NCBI GenBank assembly: GCA_963703955.1
Contig: CAVPGK010000013.1
Location: 64,001-128,000 of the forward strand
DNA length: 64,000 nucleotides
Origin: Nitrospirota bacterium
GTDB taxonomy: Bacteria; Nitrospirota; Nitrospiria; Nitrospirales; Nitrospiraceae
Direction: 5' to 3'
The first letter of the stretch is position 1, and every line of letters starts with the position of its first letter. A program made the position numbers and the translations under genes. Below, in pieces: positions 41,981 to 51,757 of this stretch. The notes beneath the pieces are model-generated. The model was not told the origin of the DNA, did no database searches, and saw nothing but the letters and a program-made list of their open reading frames with translations.

Positions 41981-42426
41981 GACTGGACTCCAGGCGGCGC
42001 CAACTGAACATGTGCGCCTACCCGCAGGAAGGGAAACGAGTTGAATCCAACTTCTTGCGGCGCGCGCTCGAGAGCAATTGGTTCATGCGAGTGCCCATCC
42101 ATCCATACGGCTGCTTCTATGGCACGGCGGCGATCTTGCGCGATCGAGCTGCCAGCGGGTTTCTCCTTTCCCCCGGAAACCACCTCGACGAAACGGACTC
42201 CGATCAACATTCCCACCTCAGCGAGACCGGCATCGTTTCTGTCATCCACGGATGCTTGCGCCTGCTCACCGAGCACATCAATTCGGCCGGAGGTGGATGG
42301 ATTCGTCGTTCACGCCCATCGGGCCGCCCTGACGATGATGAAGTCAACGTCGTCCACCGCCGGCAACGTTGTGTTCCTTAAAAGGCTCAGCCTCCGTTCC
42401 GTGGCGACGATCAGAAAGGTCGATTC

Positions 42427-42900
42427 TCAACTCTTCTTCAGGGCGTCAGGAAAACGATCCGATACGAGATTTAGGGTGATGTTGTGCTCAAGGAGCGCCT
42501 TTAATCCGGAGAGCACCAGCGTGAATCCTTCCGTTGAATCGATCGCTTGTTTTACGATCTCATCCCCCTCTCCGCTAAAGCCTGTGTTTGTAACACTGAC
42601 GAACGTCGTATTGTCTGCTCGAGGAGTGAAGATCCACTCCACCGTTGTGGGCGCATCATCATTCGACCATTCAATGAGTATTCGCTTTTTCTCTTCGATC
42701 GCCTTCACGCGAACTTGCACAGAAACATCGTACATTTCCCAATCCCAGCGTATTTGTTTACCCGTTTCTAACCGTCCGCTGCTTTTGGTGAACCAAAACC
42801 TGGAAGTGACGGCGGGATCCACAAAAGCCTCAAACACTTCGCCGGGAGGCCGGCGAATGAGCATTTCTGCCTTTGCGATGGGTGCATGTTGAAGCTTCAT
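42427..42900 (-). CDS. SRPBCC/Aha1-family protein
   Basis: MLIRRPPGEVFEAFVDP...FWFT...LKALLEH. Confidence 0.9.
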   Translation of the reverse strand: MKLQHAPIAKAEMLIRRPPGEVFEAFVDPAVTSRFWFTKSSGRLETGKQIRWDWEMYDVSVQVRVKAIEEKKRILIEWSNDDAPTTVEWIFTPRADNTTFVSVTNTGFSGEGDEIVKQAIDSTEGFTLVLSGLKALLEHNITLNLVSDRFPDALKKS

Positions 42901-42968
42901 ACTATCTCCACTGAATAGCGTGGTCCATCGTCTGGATGCCTTCTTTCATGAAGGCGGTCTTTACCCTA

Positions 42969-43568
42969 TCACTCCTTTCGCTTGTAGGTAATCTCCATCA
43001 TCTTCATGTTTTTGCTGTGCTTGCCGGTGCCGTACAGCTCAAAAACCTGAGTGTTCGCATCCACAACCTTCCAGACCGCGTGGTGCTCCATGCGGCCTTC
43101 AATCGGATCTTGGTGGCCGCCTTTCAGCTTGACGGTTTTTCCGTCAGGGCTGCCGGTTCCTTCCATGACGAAGATACCAGTCCCCATGGAATCCATCCAG
43201 GTCGAGACATACTTCTTCGTGTGGTTGTCGTAGCCGGTCACGCCGATGCCGGTGAATGGCTGTCCCATCATCTCGCCCGTACACTCCTGTTGGAGAAAGC
43301 GCCCGTCGAGCAGCACCTTTTCTTCGCAGGCGCCGGTCGATTCCATCGGAGGCTTATTGGGCTCCATCCAAGACTTGGTCTTGGTTGTCCAACTGCCTGC
43401 CAGACTTGCCAGCTGCTTGTGCGGCTCGCCGGGCGTCGCCAGGTTCTTATACACCTCCATCATCGCCTGCGGGTCCATCTGTTTTGCTTGTTTCTTTTCT
43501 TTGGCCATCACCAGCGATGCAGACATGACAAGACACAGACTCGTGAATGTAATGAGTGTGAGACGCAT
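42969..43568 (-). CDS. DUF1579 protein
   Basis: TPGEPHKQLASLAGSW; GYDNHTKKYVSTWMDSMGT. Confidence 0.85.
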   Translation of the reverse strand: MRLTLITFTSLCLVMSASLVMAKEKKQAKQMDPQAMMEVYKNLATPGEPHKQLASLAGSWTTKTKSWMEPNKPPMESTGACEEKVLLDGRFLQQECTGEMMGQPFTGIGVTGYDNHTKKYVSTWMDSMGTGIFVMEGTGSPDGKTVKLKGGHQDPIEGRMEHHAVWKVVDANTQVFELYGTGKHSKNMKMMEITYKRKE

Positions 43569-43639
43569 GGTTGCCTCCTTCAGGTTGAATGGTTTCGGAC
43601 AGGTCTGCTTCATTACATAAGACAGGAACAAAGGCGAAT

Positions 43640-44089
43640 TCAACCGCACTTCTGCTGCTTCATCCATACCTCGGCACGCTTCTTAATCTCCTCGGGCGTC
43701 ACATCTTCGATGTGCGTGTGAATCCACCACTGGTTACCGGCAAAATCTTTCACGCCGGCGCTGCGGTCGCCATAGAACTGATCGCTCGGTTCTCTGACGG
43801 ATGCGGCTCCGGCCCGCAGCGCCCGCTTATACCAGGCATCCGCGTCCTCTACGTAGAGTGCCACTGTGATCTGGATCGGCTTCCATTGATCGGTGGCTTC
43901 GCCCACCATCACCATCGAATCACCGATTTTCACCTCGGCGTGCATGACGCTGCCGTCCGGACCCGCCAGACGATAGGTCTCCTTCGCATCGAACGCCTGT
44001 TGCAGAAACTCGATCAGTTTCGCCGCCCCGTGAACGGTGAGGACCGGTGTCACGGTATGATAGCCATCAGGAATGGGTTTCACGGGCAT
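43640..44089 (-). CDS. VOC/PhnB-like protein
   Basis: IPDGYHTVTP; HAEVKIGDS; QFYGDRSAGVKDFAGNQWWI. Confidence 0.9.
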   Translation of the reverse strand: MPVKPIPDGYHTVTPVLTVHGAAKLIEFLQQAFDAKETYRLAGPDGSVMHAEVKIGDSMVMVGEATDQWKPIQITVALYVEDADAWYKRALRAGAASVREPSDQFYGDRSAGVKDFAGNQWWIHTHIEDVTPEEIKKRAEVWMKQQKCG

Positions 44090-44162
44090 GGGTGTGTCCT
44101 CCTCTGGGAGTTGTGTGGTTCTCTCTCTGTCTTCCGGCACGCTGATTTCAAGGCCCCTTTCA

Positions 44163-44513
44163 TTAGCTAAGTCGCACCGAGCCCTCCCGATCGTTCCATG
44201 CGGCGATTTCGGCCTGCGTCCGTTTCCTAGCGTGTTGTTGGATCCATCCCGCGACTTGATCGTCTGTCGCACCAGTGGCGACGAAGGCCCGGAATGCGTT
44301 GTAGTCAAGCTCGGCGAATTTTAACCACCGCTGGTCGAGCGGGCAGTTGGAAAAATATTCGCCCTGCCAGTCGACAAGTGCCGCGCGGCACTTATCCAGT
44401 GCGCGCGCAGCCAACGCATAACCACCGAGCTTTTCACGCGGGCTGCGCGGGGATGCCTTGTCCTCCCGTAGATCCCGGGCCAGCAGTTTGACCTTCTCGA
44501 TGTTCTCTTTCAT
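44163..44513 (-). CDS. DUF5069-like protein (possibly truncated)
   Basis: PRSPREKLGGY..AARALDKCRA...GEY..NCPLD. Confidence 0.7.
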   Translation of the reverse strand: MKENIEKVKLLARDLREDKASPRSPREKLGGYALAARALDKCRAALVDWQGEYFSNCPLDQRWLKFAELDYNAFRAFVATGATDDQVAGWIQQHARKRTQAEIAAWNDREGSVRLS

Positions 44514-44529
44514 GGATTGCTCCTACCAG

Positions 44530-45028
44530 CCCTCCCGCCCCGCCCCAGCGACGTGCACGTGCCGTCGAGTCAGCGAGAATGATAAACGTGATGTAATGCG
44601 TCACCAACAGGGCAGGTACCCAGAATGCAGGGATCCAGTGTCGCCGGCCCCATGAACGCTGATGCTCCGTAGACCGTGGCCAGTGTGACCGCTGCAATGA
44701 GATCCAGCGTTCCTTCAACATTAAATACCCATACGAGAATCCTAGCCCGGTTCATGCCTCTCGCCACAGCCAGAAGTGCAATGAGAGCGAGCGCTGCGGC
44801 GAGCAGATCTCCGAGTGCGGCGGGAAAGGCAAATTGCGAAGGGATGCCGGCATACGTGGCGCCGGGCGCCAGAAACATGAGCCCGAGGTGTCGGAACGAA
44901 TGCAGCAGAAGAATCGGCAGCAGCACGGTTTGAGGTCTCAGCTCTGAGAGTTTGGGCAGAACGTAGATCCTAGCGGCTACCCAAAACACAAGAGTGCTGC
45001 ATAAGAGATTGATCGTGAGAATATTCAT
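44530..45028 (-). CDS. Conserved membrane protein (frameshift near 44640)
   Basis: LLLHSFRHLGLMFL...GDLLAA; WIPAFWVPALLVTH in an alternate frame. Confidence 0.7.
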
Positions 45029-45055
45029 CTAGCCGAGCCCGGGTACCCCGCACGT

Positions 45056-45416
45056 TCAGGCTTCGACGAGGACCTTGAATCCGCCGTAGACCATGCGCTT
45101 GACGTCGAAGGGCATGTCCTTCGGTCCACCCATGCTTGCGATGCGCGGGTCCTTCATCACCTTCGCGTTGACGCGATCGCGATGCGCCCGCGACTTGAAC
45201 ACGATGTAGGAGAACACCACCGTCTCGCCGGGCTTCAACTTCATCATTCGCGGGAACGGCACCCCACCTTCGCCTTGAGGTCGTCGCCGACGCATTCCTT
45301 GTAGTCGAGCGCGCCGTGCTTCGCGCCACACTTTGCTCTCCCTTCTGCGCCATGCGGAGATAGGCCTTCAGGTTCTTCTTGGGTACGGGCAGGACATATC
45401 CATCGACGTATCGCAT
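45056..45416 (-). CDS. DUF1428 (YbaA-like) protein, frameshifted
   Basis: YVDGYVLPVP...ETVVFSYI...MPFDVKRMVYGGF. Confidence 0.85.
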
Positions 45417-45431
45417 GTGAACTCTCCTTTC

Positions 45432-45959
45432 TTACGTTTCAGTTATCGCTTTCAAGTTGGCGAGGCCTGTCTCGAAGTCTTTGCCGATCATTTTGTCGCA
45501 ATCCATGAAGAGGCTCATCAACTTCCCTATGTAGGGTTGAGGTCCGTGCATAGCCCATGTGACCTGGGTCGAGTCGCCTTTGGCGTCCAACTTGTATTCG
45601 ACGATGTTGTGGGCATCGAATGGTTCGATCATATCCAGCGCGATCGTGATCTTGGAAGGAGGAGCGGTGTCCGTAATCGTCAAGCGTCCCTTGCCTACTT
45701 CCTTGTTGCCATCGAATTGATAGACGGCACCCTTGCCGTTTGGTGCACCGCTGATAGCTCTCTTCATCGCGGGGTCTTTCTTCTCATAGGGCGACCAGGA
45801 CTCCGACTGATGGAAATCGCTCAGGATCGCAAAGATCTTCTCCGGCGGTGCTTTGATGCTGGCCGAGCGCTGGACACGGAAGGTGTCAGGCTTGGTGGCG
45901 GCGTATGCGAGCAGCGCGGCGACCAGACCGAGGGTAATGAGAGCGAGTGTCTTGACCAT
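45432..45959 (-). CDS. SRPBCC polyketide-cyclase-like protein
   Basis: FRVQRSASIKAPPEKIF...WSPYEKKDP...DFETGLANLK. Confidence 0.9.
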   Translation of the reverse strand: MVKTLALITLGLVAALLAYAATKPDTFRVQRSASIKAPPEKIFAILSDFHQSESWSPYEKKDPAMKRAISGAPNGKGAVYQFDGNKEVGKGRLTITDTAPPSKITIALDMIEPFDAHNIVEYKLDAKGDSTQVTWAMHGPQPYIGKLMSLFMDCDKMIGKDFETGLANLKAITET

Positions 45960-46016
45960 GGGTTCCTCCGTTACGATGTAAGATTATGGGATAGCAGTGA
46001 CCCGGGCGCAGCACGC

Positions 46017-46433
46017 CTAGTTCGGCTTCTTGACCCCCATGTCGCGGAAGCGTTCGATCTCTTTACTTGGACCGAAGTCCTCCAGTTCGAACAACTGACG
46101 CACTTCGATCTCGGCTTCCTTGCCGTCGACCGCGGGGTTGGGAAAGCGCTTCGTCCACTCAATCGCCTCTTGCCTCGACTTCACCTGGATGAGGGTATAG
46201 CCCGCGATGAGCTCTTTCGTCTCGGCGAACGGCCCATCGATCATGGCGTGTTTCTTTCCGGAGTACTTGATGCGCCAGCCCTTCGAGGTTGCTTGAAGCC
46301 CGGAGGCATCGACCAGCACACCGGCCTTCTGCAACTGCTCATGGTACGTTGCCATATCCGCAATGAGTTGTTCGCTCGGCATCACGCCGGCTTCCGAATC
46401 CTTGGTGGCTTTGACAATAATCATGAATCGCAT
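46017..46433 (-). CDS. YciI/DGPF-family protein
   Basis: DGPFAETKELIAGY. Confidence 0.92.
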   Translation of the reverse strand: MRFMIIVKATKDSEAGVMPSEQLIADMATYHEQLQKAGVLVDASGLQATSKGWRIKYSGKKHAMIDGPFAETKELIAGYTLIQVKSRQEAIEWTKRFPNPAVDGKEAEIEVRQLFELEDFGPSKEIERFRDMGVKKPN

Positions 46434-46506
46434 GACGCTCTCTCCATTGGTTTCGGCTTCAGAGCCGGGCTTCCGGCCCGACTGGCTGCCCCGGGTTCTA
46501 CTACTT

Positions 46507-46532
46507 GTCGAACGAGGGTCCCGAAATCGACA
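46507..46532 (-). promoter_or_regulatory. Putative ECF42-dependent promoter
   Basis: Minus strand TGTCGA-N16-CGAC upstream of the DGPF gene; matches the ECF42 consensus (-35 TGTCGA, -10 CGA/TC). Confidence 0.7.
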
Positions 46533-46638
46533 GGGGTTATGAACCGGGACAGACTATTTTTCCTATCCCTTACCGCTTATCTGGAGCGTCGTTCTTACAT
46601 CGTGAGAAGGTTGCCTGTCCTATTTCTCTTTCCAACCA

Positions 46639-47004
46639 CTAGACACGCGTCATCAGCTCGAGAAGGTGTCCGTTGGGATCGCGGAAGTAGACGCCCCTGC
46701 CGCCGTTCCAATCATTGAGCTTTCGGTTCTCCACATTCCAAGGCTCGCTACCATACGTGAGTCCCGCCTCTTGTATGCGTTTGAAAATCGCGTCGAATTC
46801 CGGGTCACTCACATGGAAGGCGTAGTGATGGATATCGAAACTGTCGGCATTGTCGAAATCAAGGGTCAGGGTCTCGTTGACGCGCACCGGAGCAAAGTGT
46901 CCACCAGGCCCCTCGTATGTCAATCCAAAGATGTCCGCGAAAAACCGAGCCGAGGTTTCCTTGTCATGCGCCGGCACGATGGTATGATTCAGAACGATAG
47001 CCAC
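46639..47004 (-). CDS. VOC-family protein
   Basis: LNHTIVPA...HHYAF...GRGVYFRDPNGHLLELMT. Confidence 0.9.
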   Translation of the reverse strand: MAIVLNHTIVPAHDKETSARFFADIFGLTYEGPGGHFAPVRVNETLTLDFDNADSFDIHHYAFHVSDPEFDAIFKRIQEAGLTYGSEPWNVENRKLNDWNGGRGVYFRDPNGHLLELMTRV

Positions 47005-47077
47005 TCAGCCTCCTTGTCGGATCCTTCCGCACTGTCTTCCGTTCGGTTCCTCTCTCACAGAGGAGGGGAAGCCGCCT

Positions 47078-47476
47078 TCATTTGGTAGAGGGTCTGGATG
47101 GCGCCGCTGAGATCGCATCGACCCTATCGGGGTAGAAAGCCAGGTGATCTTTGATGGCGATCACCTCGTCGTAAGGCTTTTCATAGCTCCAGACCGCGTT
47201 CTCTGCCGTGCGCCCGCTCGACAACGTGAAGTACGACGCATCCCCTTTGAAAGGACAGTATGTGTGGTGTTCGGTACGGATGAGGCGATCCATTCTGACG
47301 TCTCGGCGTGGCAGGTAATAGACCGGCGGGTAGTCGGCTTCGCGAAGGCGGATGGCATCGGTGGTGTCGGCGATGACATCCCCGTTGAACGTCACCTTGA
47401 CGCGCTCGTTCGCCCGCTCGACCTCGACGCGATGCTCGGGATGTCTCTTGTATCCCGGTCCGCTGTTTGACATCAC
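47078..47476 (-). CDS. DUF427 protein
   Basis: PVYYLPR; TYCPFKGDASY; AVWSYEKPY. Confidence 0.9.
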   Translation of the reverse strand: MMSNSGPGYKRHPEHRVEVERANERVKVTFNGDVIADTTDAIRLREADYPPVYYLPRRDVRMDRLIRTEHHTYCPFKGDASYFTLSSGRTAENAVWSYEKPYDEVIAIKDHLAFYPDRVDAISAAPSRPSTK

Positions 47477-47483
47477 TCACCTC

Positions 47484-50400
47484 TTACGAGGCTTCGATCG
47501 GAGCGCCATGTGGCCTTCCGGCCGGTCGAGCGATCAGCAGCCTCTCTTGTTCGATCTCCTCATGCGCCGGGCTTGGCTGGCGCTGGGCCGCGATGAGCGA
47601 GTAGAACACCGGCACGATGAACAGGGTGAACAGAGTCCCGATGGTCATGCCGGTGACCAGCACGGTCCCGATACTATTGCGGGCCGCGGCTCCTGGACCG
47701 GACACCAGCACCAGTGGGAGGTGCCCAAAGACAGTCGCCGCCGAGGTCATCAGCACCGGTCGCAGCCGCGTGAGCGACGCCTCGCGCAGCGCGGCCGCCT
47801 TCGAGAGACCGCGGGCCTGCAGCGTGTTCGCGAACTCTACGATCAGAATACCGTTCTTCGCGATCAATCCCACCAATGTGATCAGCCCGACCTGGGAGTA
47901 GATGTTGATCGTAGTGAGATCCAGGAAGCTGAACACCAGCGCGCCGGAGATCGCAAGCGGAACCGAGCCCAGCAGGACAATCAGCGGGTCGCGAAAGCTC
48001 TGGAACTGCGCCGCAAGAACCAAATAGATGAGCACGAGTGCGAACCCGAGCGTGACGGTCAGCGCCGATCCCTCGTGCCGGATCTGCCGCGACTCCCCTC
48101 CGTAGTCGAGGATGACGCGCGGGCCGCCCGCCGTGGCCGCGGCGGCCTCGAGCACGCGCAAGCCCTCCTCCTTTGTGACGCCGGGCTTGACCCCGCCGAA
48201 GACCCGCGCCGAGTTGCGCTGCTGGAAGCGGTTCAAGGTGCGGGGCGCGGTGCTCGACTCGATGTGCGTGAACGTCGACACCGGCACGAGCTGCCCACCT
48301 GGCGTCTTGATCTTGAGGTCGAGCAGGGGGTCGATGGTGGCGCGGTCCTTGTCGCCGATCTGTGGGATGACCTTGTAGCTGCGGTCGAAGAAGTTGAAAC
48401 GATTCACGTACGCGCCGCCGAGCAGCGTCCCGAGCTCTCGGCCGACGCCGGCCAAGTCAAGGCCGAGGTCGGCGAGACGCTCGCGGTCGAGCACCACGCG
48501 CGCTTCGGGCAGGTCGATCTTCAGATCGGTGTCCACATACAAGAACTTGCCGCTTTGCCATCCGGCGCCGAGTACCGCGGCCGTCGTCTCGAGCATCTGC
48601 CCGACCGGCGCATCGCTCTGCAGCACCAGCTCGACGTCATATTGACCGGCGGTCGGTAGTGGCGGGTCGAGACGGGGGAAGATGCGCAGGCCGGGCACCT
48701 GCGACACCGCGCCGAACACCTCACCGTAAATCTCCTCAGTGGAGCGAGTGCGCTCGCGCCAGTCCTTCGCGACCATGCCGCCGAAGCCGCCCCACGCCGT
48801 GGTCAGCGACCACATGAACCTGGCCTCGGGGAATGACCTGATCGCGCCGACGACCTTCAGCGAGTCCCGGTTGGTTGCCGCTAATGTAGAGTCCGGCGAT
48901 GCCTCGAGGAAGAGACTGATGTGGCTCTGATCCTCCACAGGCGCCAGCTCCTGCCGCGAGAACATGTACAGCGGCCACGCCGCGACCATGATGAGCAGCG
49001 AAGCCGTCACGATCGCCCAGCGCATCTCCAGCGCACGGTCGAGCAGCCTGGCGTACGCGCGGCGCACGAGCTCGAAAGCGCGGTTGACCAGCGAGGTCAG
49101 CCTGCCTTCCTTACCCTGCGGGTGCACGAAGCGCGAACTCATGACCGGCGAGAGCGTCACCGCGACGATACCCGACAGGACGACCGCGGCGGCGAGCGTG
49201 ATCGCGAACTCCAGGAACAGCGAACCGGTTAGACCCCCCTGGAAACCGATCGGCGCGTAAACCGTGGCCAGCGTGATCGTCATGGCGATGATCGGACCGA
49301 TCAACTCGCGCGCTCCGGTCAGCGCCGCCTCGATCCGTGACTTGCCCAAGCGCACGTGCCGCTCGACGTTCTCAACGACGACGATCGCGTCGTCGACGAC
49401 CAAGCCCACCGACAGCACGATCGCGAGGATCGTTAATAGATTGAGGCTGAAGCCGAACGCGAACATGAAGATCGCCGCCCCGATCAGCGACACCGGCATG
49501 GCGACGAGCGGCACCAGCGCGGTGCGCATCGAGCCCATGAACAGGAAGACTACGATCGCGACGATCAAGATCGTCTCGGCGAGCGTCTTGGTGATTTCCT
49601 TCAGCGCGTTCTCCATGAACATCGTCCCGTCCCAGACGAGCCGCATGTCGATGTCTTTCGGCAACGTCGGCCGGATGCGCTCCATCTCGCTGCGCAGCCG
49701 GTGCGCGACCTCGATCTCGTTCGAGCCGACAAGCGGCCACACTCCAAGGTACACACCCTCCAGGTCGTTGTACTTCGCGACCATGTCGGCTTCCTCCGCG
49801 CCAAGCTCGACCCGCGCCACATCGCTTAGACGCACGATGGCGCCTCCGCGATCGGCGACGATCAGCTTCTCGAACTCGTCGGCCGAGCGCAGGTCGGTGT
49901 TCGCAAGCAGGTTGACCTGCACGAGGTTGCCTTTCGTCCGGCCGACGGCGGCCAAGTAGTTGTTGCGCCGCAGAGCCGCCTGCACGTCGCCGGGCGAGAG
50001 GTTGTACACGGCGAGGCGATCCGGGTCGATCCAGACGCGCATGGCGATCTGGCGACCGCCCTCGATAGTCACGCGTTGGACGCCGGACAGCGTCGACAGT
50101 TGCGGCTGCAGCGTGCGCAGCAGCCAATCGGTAATGGCCGGCACGCTCCGCTCTGTGGACGTGAAGCTGAGGTAGAACGAGGCGTACGGCCGATCGGCGC
50201 GTTGCACCTCGATCGCGGGCGGCTCGGCTTCCGCCGGCAGCTCCGACCGCACCTGTTGTAGGCGCGCCGTGACCTCGGCGAGCGCCGCCGTGCTGCTGTG
50301 GTTCAACTTCAGGTGCACTGTCACGGTGCTGACGCCGGCGCGGCTGGTCGACTCGACGTAGTCGACGCCGCCGATTGCCGACACGACGCGTTCGATGGGG

Positions 50401-50597
50401 GTGGTCAGGAAACCGCGAACGGTCTCGGCGCTGGCGCCGTAGTAGACCGTTGTGATCACCACTGACGAACTCTCGATCTTCGGGTATTGCTGAACGGGGA
50501 GGGTCGTCAGCGCTCGCCAACCAACGAGCACGATCACGAGATTCACGACCACCGCCAGCACGGGGTGCTTGATAAACACGTCGGTGAATGAGCGCAT
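47484..50597 (-). CDS. RND efflux permease (AcrB/MexW-like)
   Basis: 1037 aa; GLVVDDAIVVVEN; KNGILIVEFA; RLRPVLMT. Confidence 0.95.
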   Translation of the reverse strand: MRSFTDVFIKHPVLAVVVNLVIVLVGWRALTTLPVQQYPKIESSSVVITTVYYGASAETVRGFLTTPIERVVSAIGGVDYVESTSRAGVSTVTVHLKLNHSSTAALAEVTARLQQVRSELPAEAEPPAIEVQRADRPYASFYLSFTSTERSVPAITDWLLRTLQPQLSTLSGVQRVTIEGGRQIAMRVWIDPDRLAVYNLSPGDVQAALRRNNYLAAVGRTKGNLVQVNLLANTDLRSADEFEKLIVADRGGAIVRLSDVARVELGAEEADMVAKYNDLEGVYLGVWPLVGSNEIEVAHRLRSEMERIRPTLPKDIDMRLVWDGTMFMENALKEITKTLAETILIVAIVVFLFMGSMRTALVPLVAMPVSLIGAAIFMFAFGFSLNLLTILAIVLSVGLVVDDAIVVVENVERHVRLGKSRIEAALTGARELIGPIIAMTITLATVYAPIGFQGGLTGSLFLEFAITLAAAVVLSGIVAVTLSPVMSSRFVHPQGKEGRLTSLVNRAFELVRRAYARLLDRALEMRWAIVTASLLIMVAAWPLYMFSRQELAPVEDQSHISLFLEASPDSTLAATNRDSLKVVGAIRSFPEARFMWSLTTAWGGFGGMVAKDWRERTRSTEEIYGEVFGAVSQVPGLRIFPRLDPPLPTAGQYDVELVLQSDAPVGQMLETTAAVLGAGWQSGKFLYVDTDLKIDLPEARVVLDRERLADLGLDLAGVGRELGTLLGGAYVNRFNFFDRSYKVIPQIGDKDRATIDPLLDLKIKTPGGQLVPVSTFTHIESSTAPRTLNRFQQRNSARVFGGVKPGVTKEEGLRVLEAAAATAGGPRVILDYGGESRQIRHEGSALTVTLGFALVLIYLVLAAQFQSFRDPLIVLLGSVPLAISGALVFSFLDLTTINIYSQVGLITLVGLIAKNGILIVEFANTLQARGLSKAAALREASLTRLRPVLMTSAATVFGHLPLVLVSGPGAAARNSIGTVLVTGMTIGTLFTLFIVPVFYSLIAAQRQPSPAHEEIEQERLLIARPAGRPHGAPIEAS

Positions 50598-50629
50598 GGG
50601 GATGTCCTTGTTGCGTCGTCGCAGTTCGC

Positions 50630-51757
50630 TCAGGGTTTGTCGATCGTCTGACTTTGTCCTCGCTCACCCTCGGGCTCAGTGGCGGTTGCGACGAGCACGG
50701 ATTCGCGCAGCTTGAAGGACCCCGAAGCGGCCACCCGCTCTCCGGAGGACAGCCCGGCGTGGATCACGACCTCGTCGCCGATCATCGCGCCGCTCTCGAC
50801 CTGCCGCACGTGCGCGCGAATCCGGCCGTCCTTGTCCGGCGTGATCACGAAGACCTGGTCGCCGCCTGGGCCCTTACGCAGCGCACTCACGGGGACGGCG
50901 ACGGCCTTGCGCGGCGGTCCGACTGGAACCCTGATACGCACTGAGGCGCCCGGGGCCGGCGCGGTGGCAGCCCCCTCGATCCTGGCGCGCACCATGGCAT
51001 TGCGGGTTGCGGGGTCGATGCGCGCGTCGAGCGCGACGATCGTGGCGGCGATCGGGGAGGATTCGCCGGCGACGAACACATCGACGCTCTCGCCCTCCCG
51101 CAGACCCGCGGCGACCTGCTGGGCGACCGTAAAGTCCACGTGCACGGCGTCGTCGACTCCTTGCAGCGTCGTAAGCTGAGTGCCTTCGTTGAGGTACTGG
51201 CCAGGGTGCACGTCCGCGATACCCACGCGTGCGCGGAAAGGCGACCGGATCATCTTGCGGGCGATGATCGCTTTGGTGCGTGCGATCTGAGCCAGCGCGA
51301 CATCGCGGTCTGCGCGTGCACGATCCACCTCTTCCTCGGCCGTGGCAAGATCCTGGCTCAAGGCCCGCCTGCGGTCGAGCACCGTCTTCGCGAGGACGGC
51401 CTGCGCCTCCTGCGCCTTCAGCTCGGCCTCCTCGACGGATACGTCGAGCGCAACGAGTACCGTGCCTGCCTCGACGACTTGGCCGGGCGTGAGCCTGACC
51501 TGGCGGACGGTCCCGGGGAGCTCGTTGCGCAGGGTGATCGAACGCAGCGCCAGGACGGTCCCGATCGACGTGGTGGTCTGGCGGTGCTCGACCTCCTTCG
51601 CGACGGCGATCATCACCGACTCCATCGGCTCGGGCTGTTTCGCGGAGGCCGCGTAATTTTCCTGGATGGACTCGTACTTCCACGCAGCCAGGCCAAGACC
51701 AACCGCGACAACCATGACGACCAGCAGAGAGGATCCGATCCAGCCACGTCGATGCAT
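50630..51757 (-). CDS. RND periplasmic adaptor (MFP)
   Basis: N-terminal TM; IRSPFRARVG; GLSSGERVAASG. Confidence 0.92.
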   Translation of the reverse strand: MHRRGWIGSSLLVVMVVAVGLGLAAWKYESIQENYAASAKQPEPMESVMIAVAKEVEHRQTTTSIGTVLALRSITLRNELPGTVRQVRLTPGQVVEAGTVLVALDVSVEEAELKAQEAQAVLAKTVLDRRRALSQDLATAEEEVDRARADRDVALAQIARTKAIIARKMIRSPFRARVGIADVHPGQYLNEGTQLTTLQGVDDAVHVDFTVAQQVAAGLREGESVDVFVAGESSPIAATIVALDARIDPATRNAMVRARIEGAATAPAPGASVRIRVPVGPPRKAVAVPVSALRKGPGGDQVFVITPDKDGRIRAHVRQVESGAMIGDEVVIHAGLSSGERVAASGSFKLRESVLVATATEPEGERGQSQTIDKP

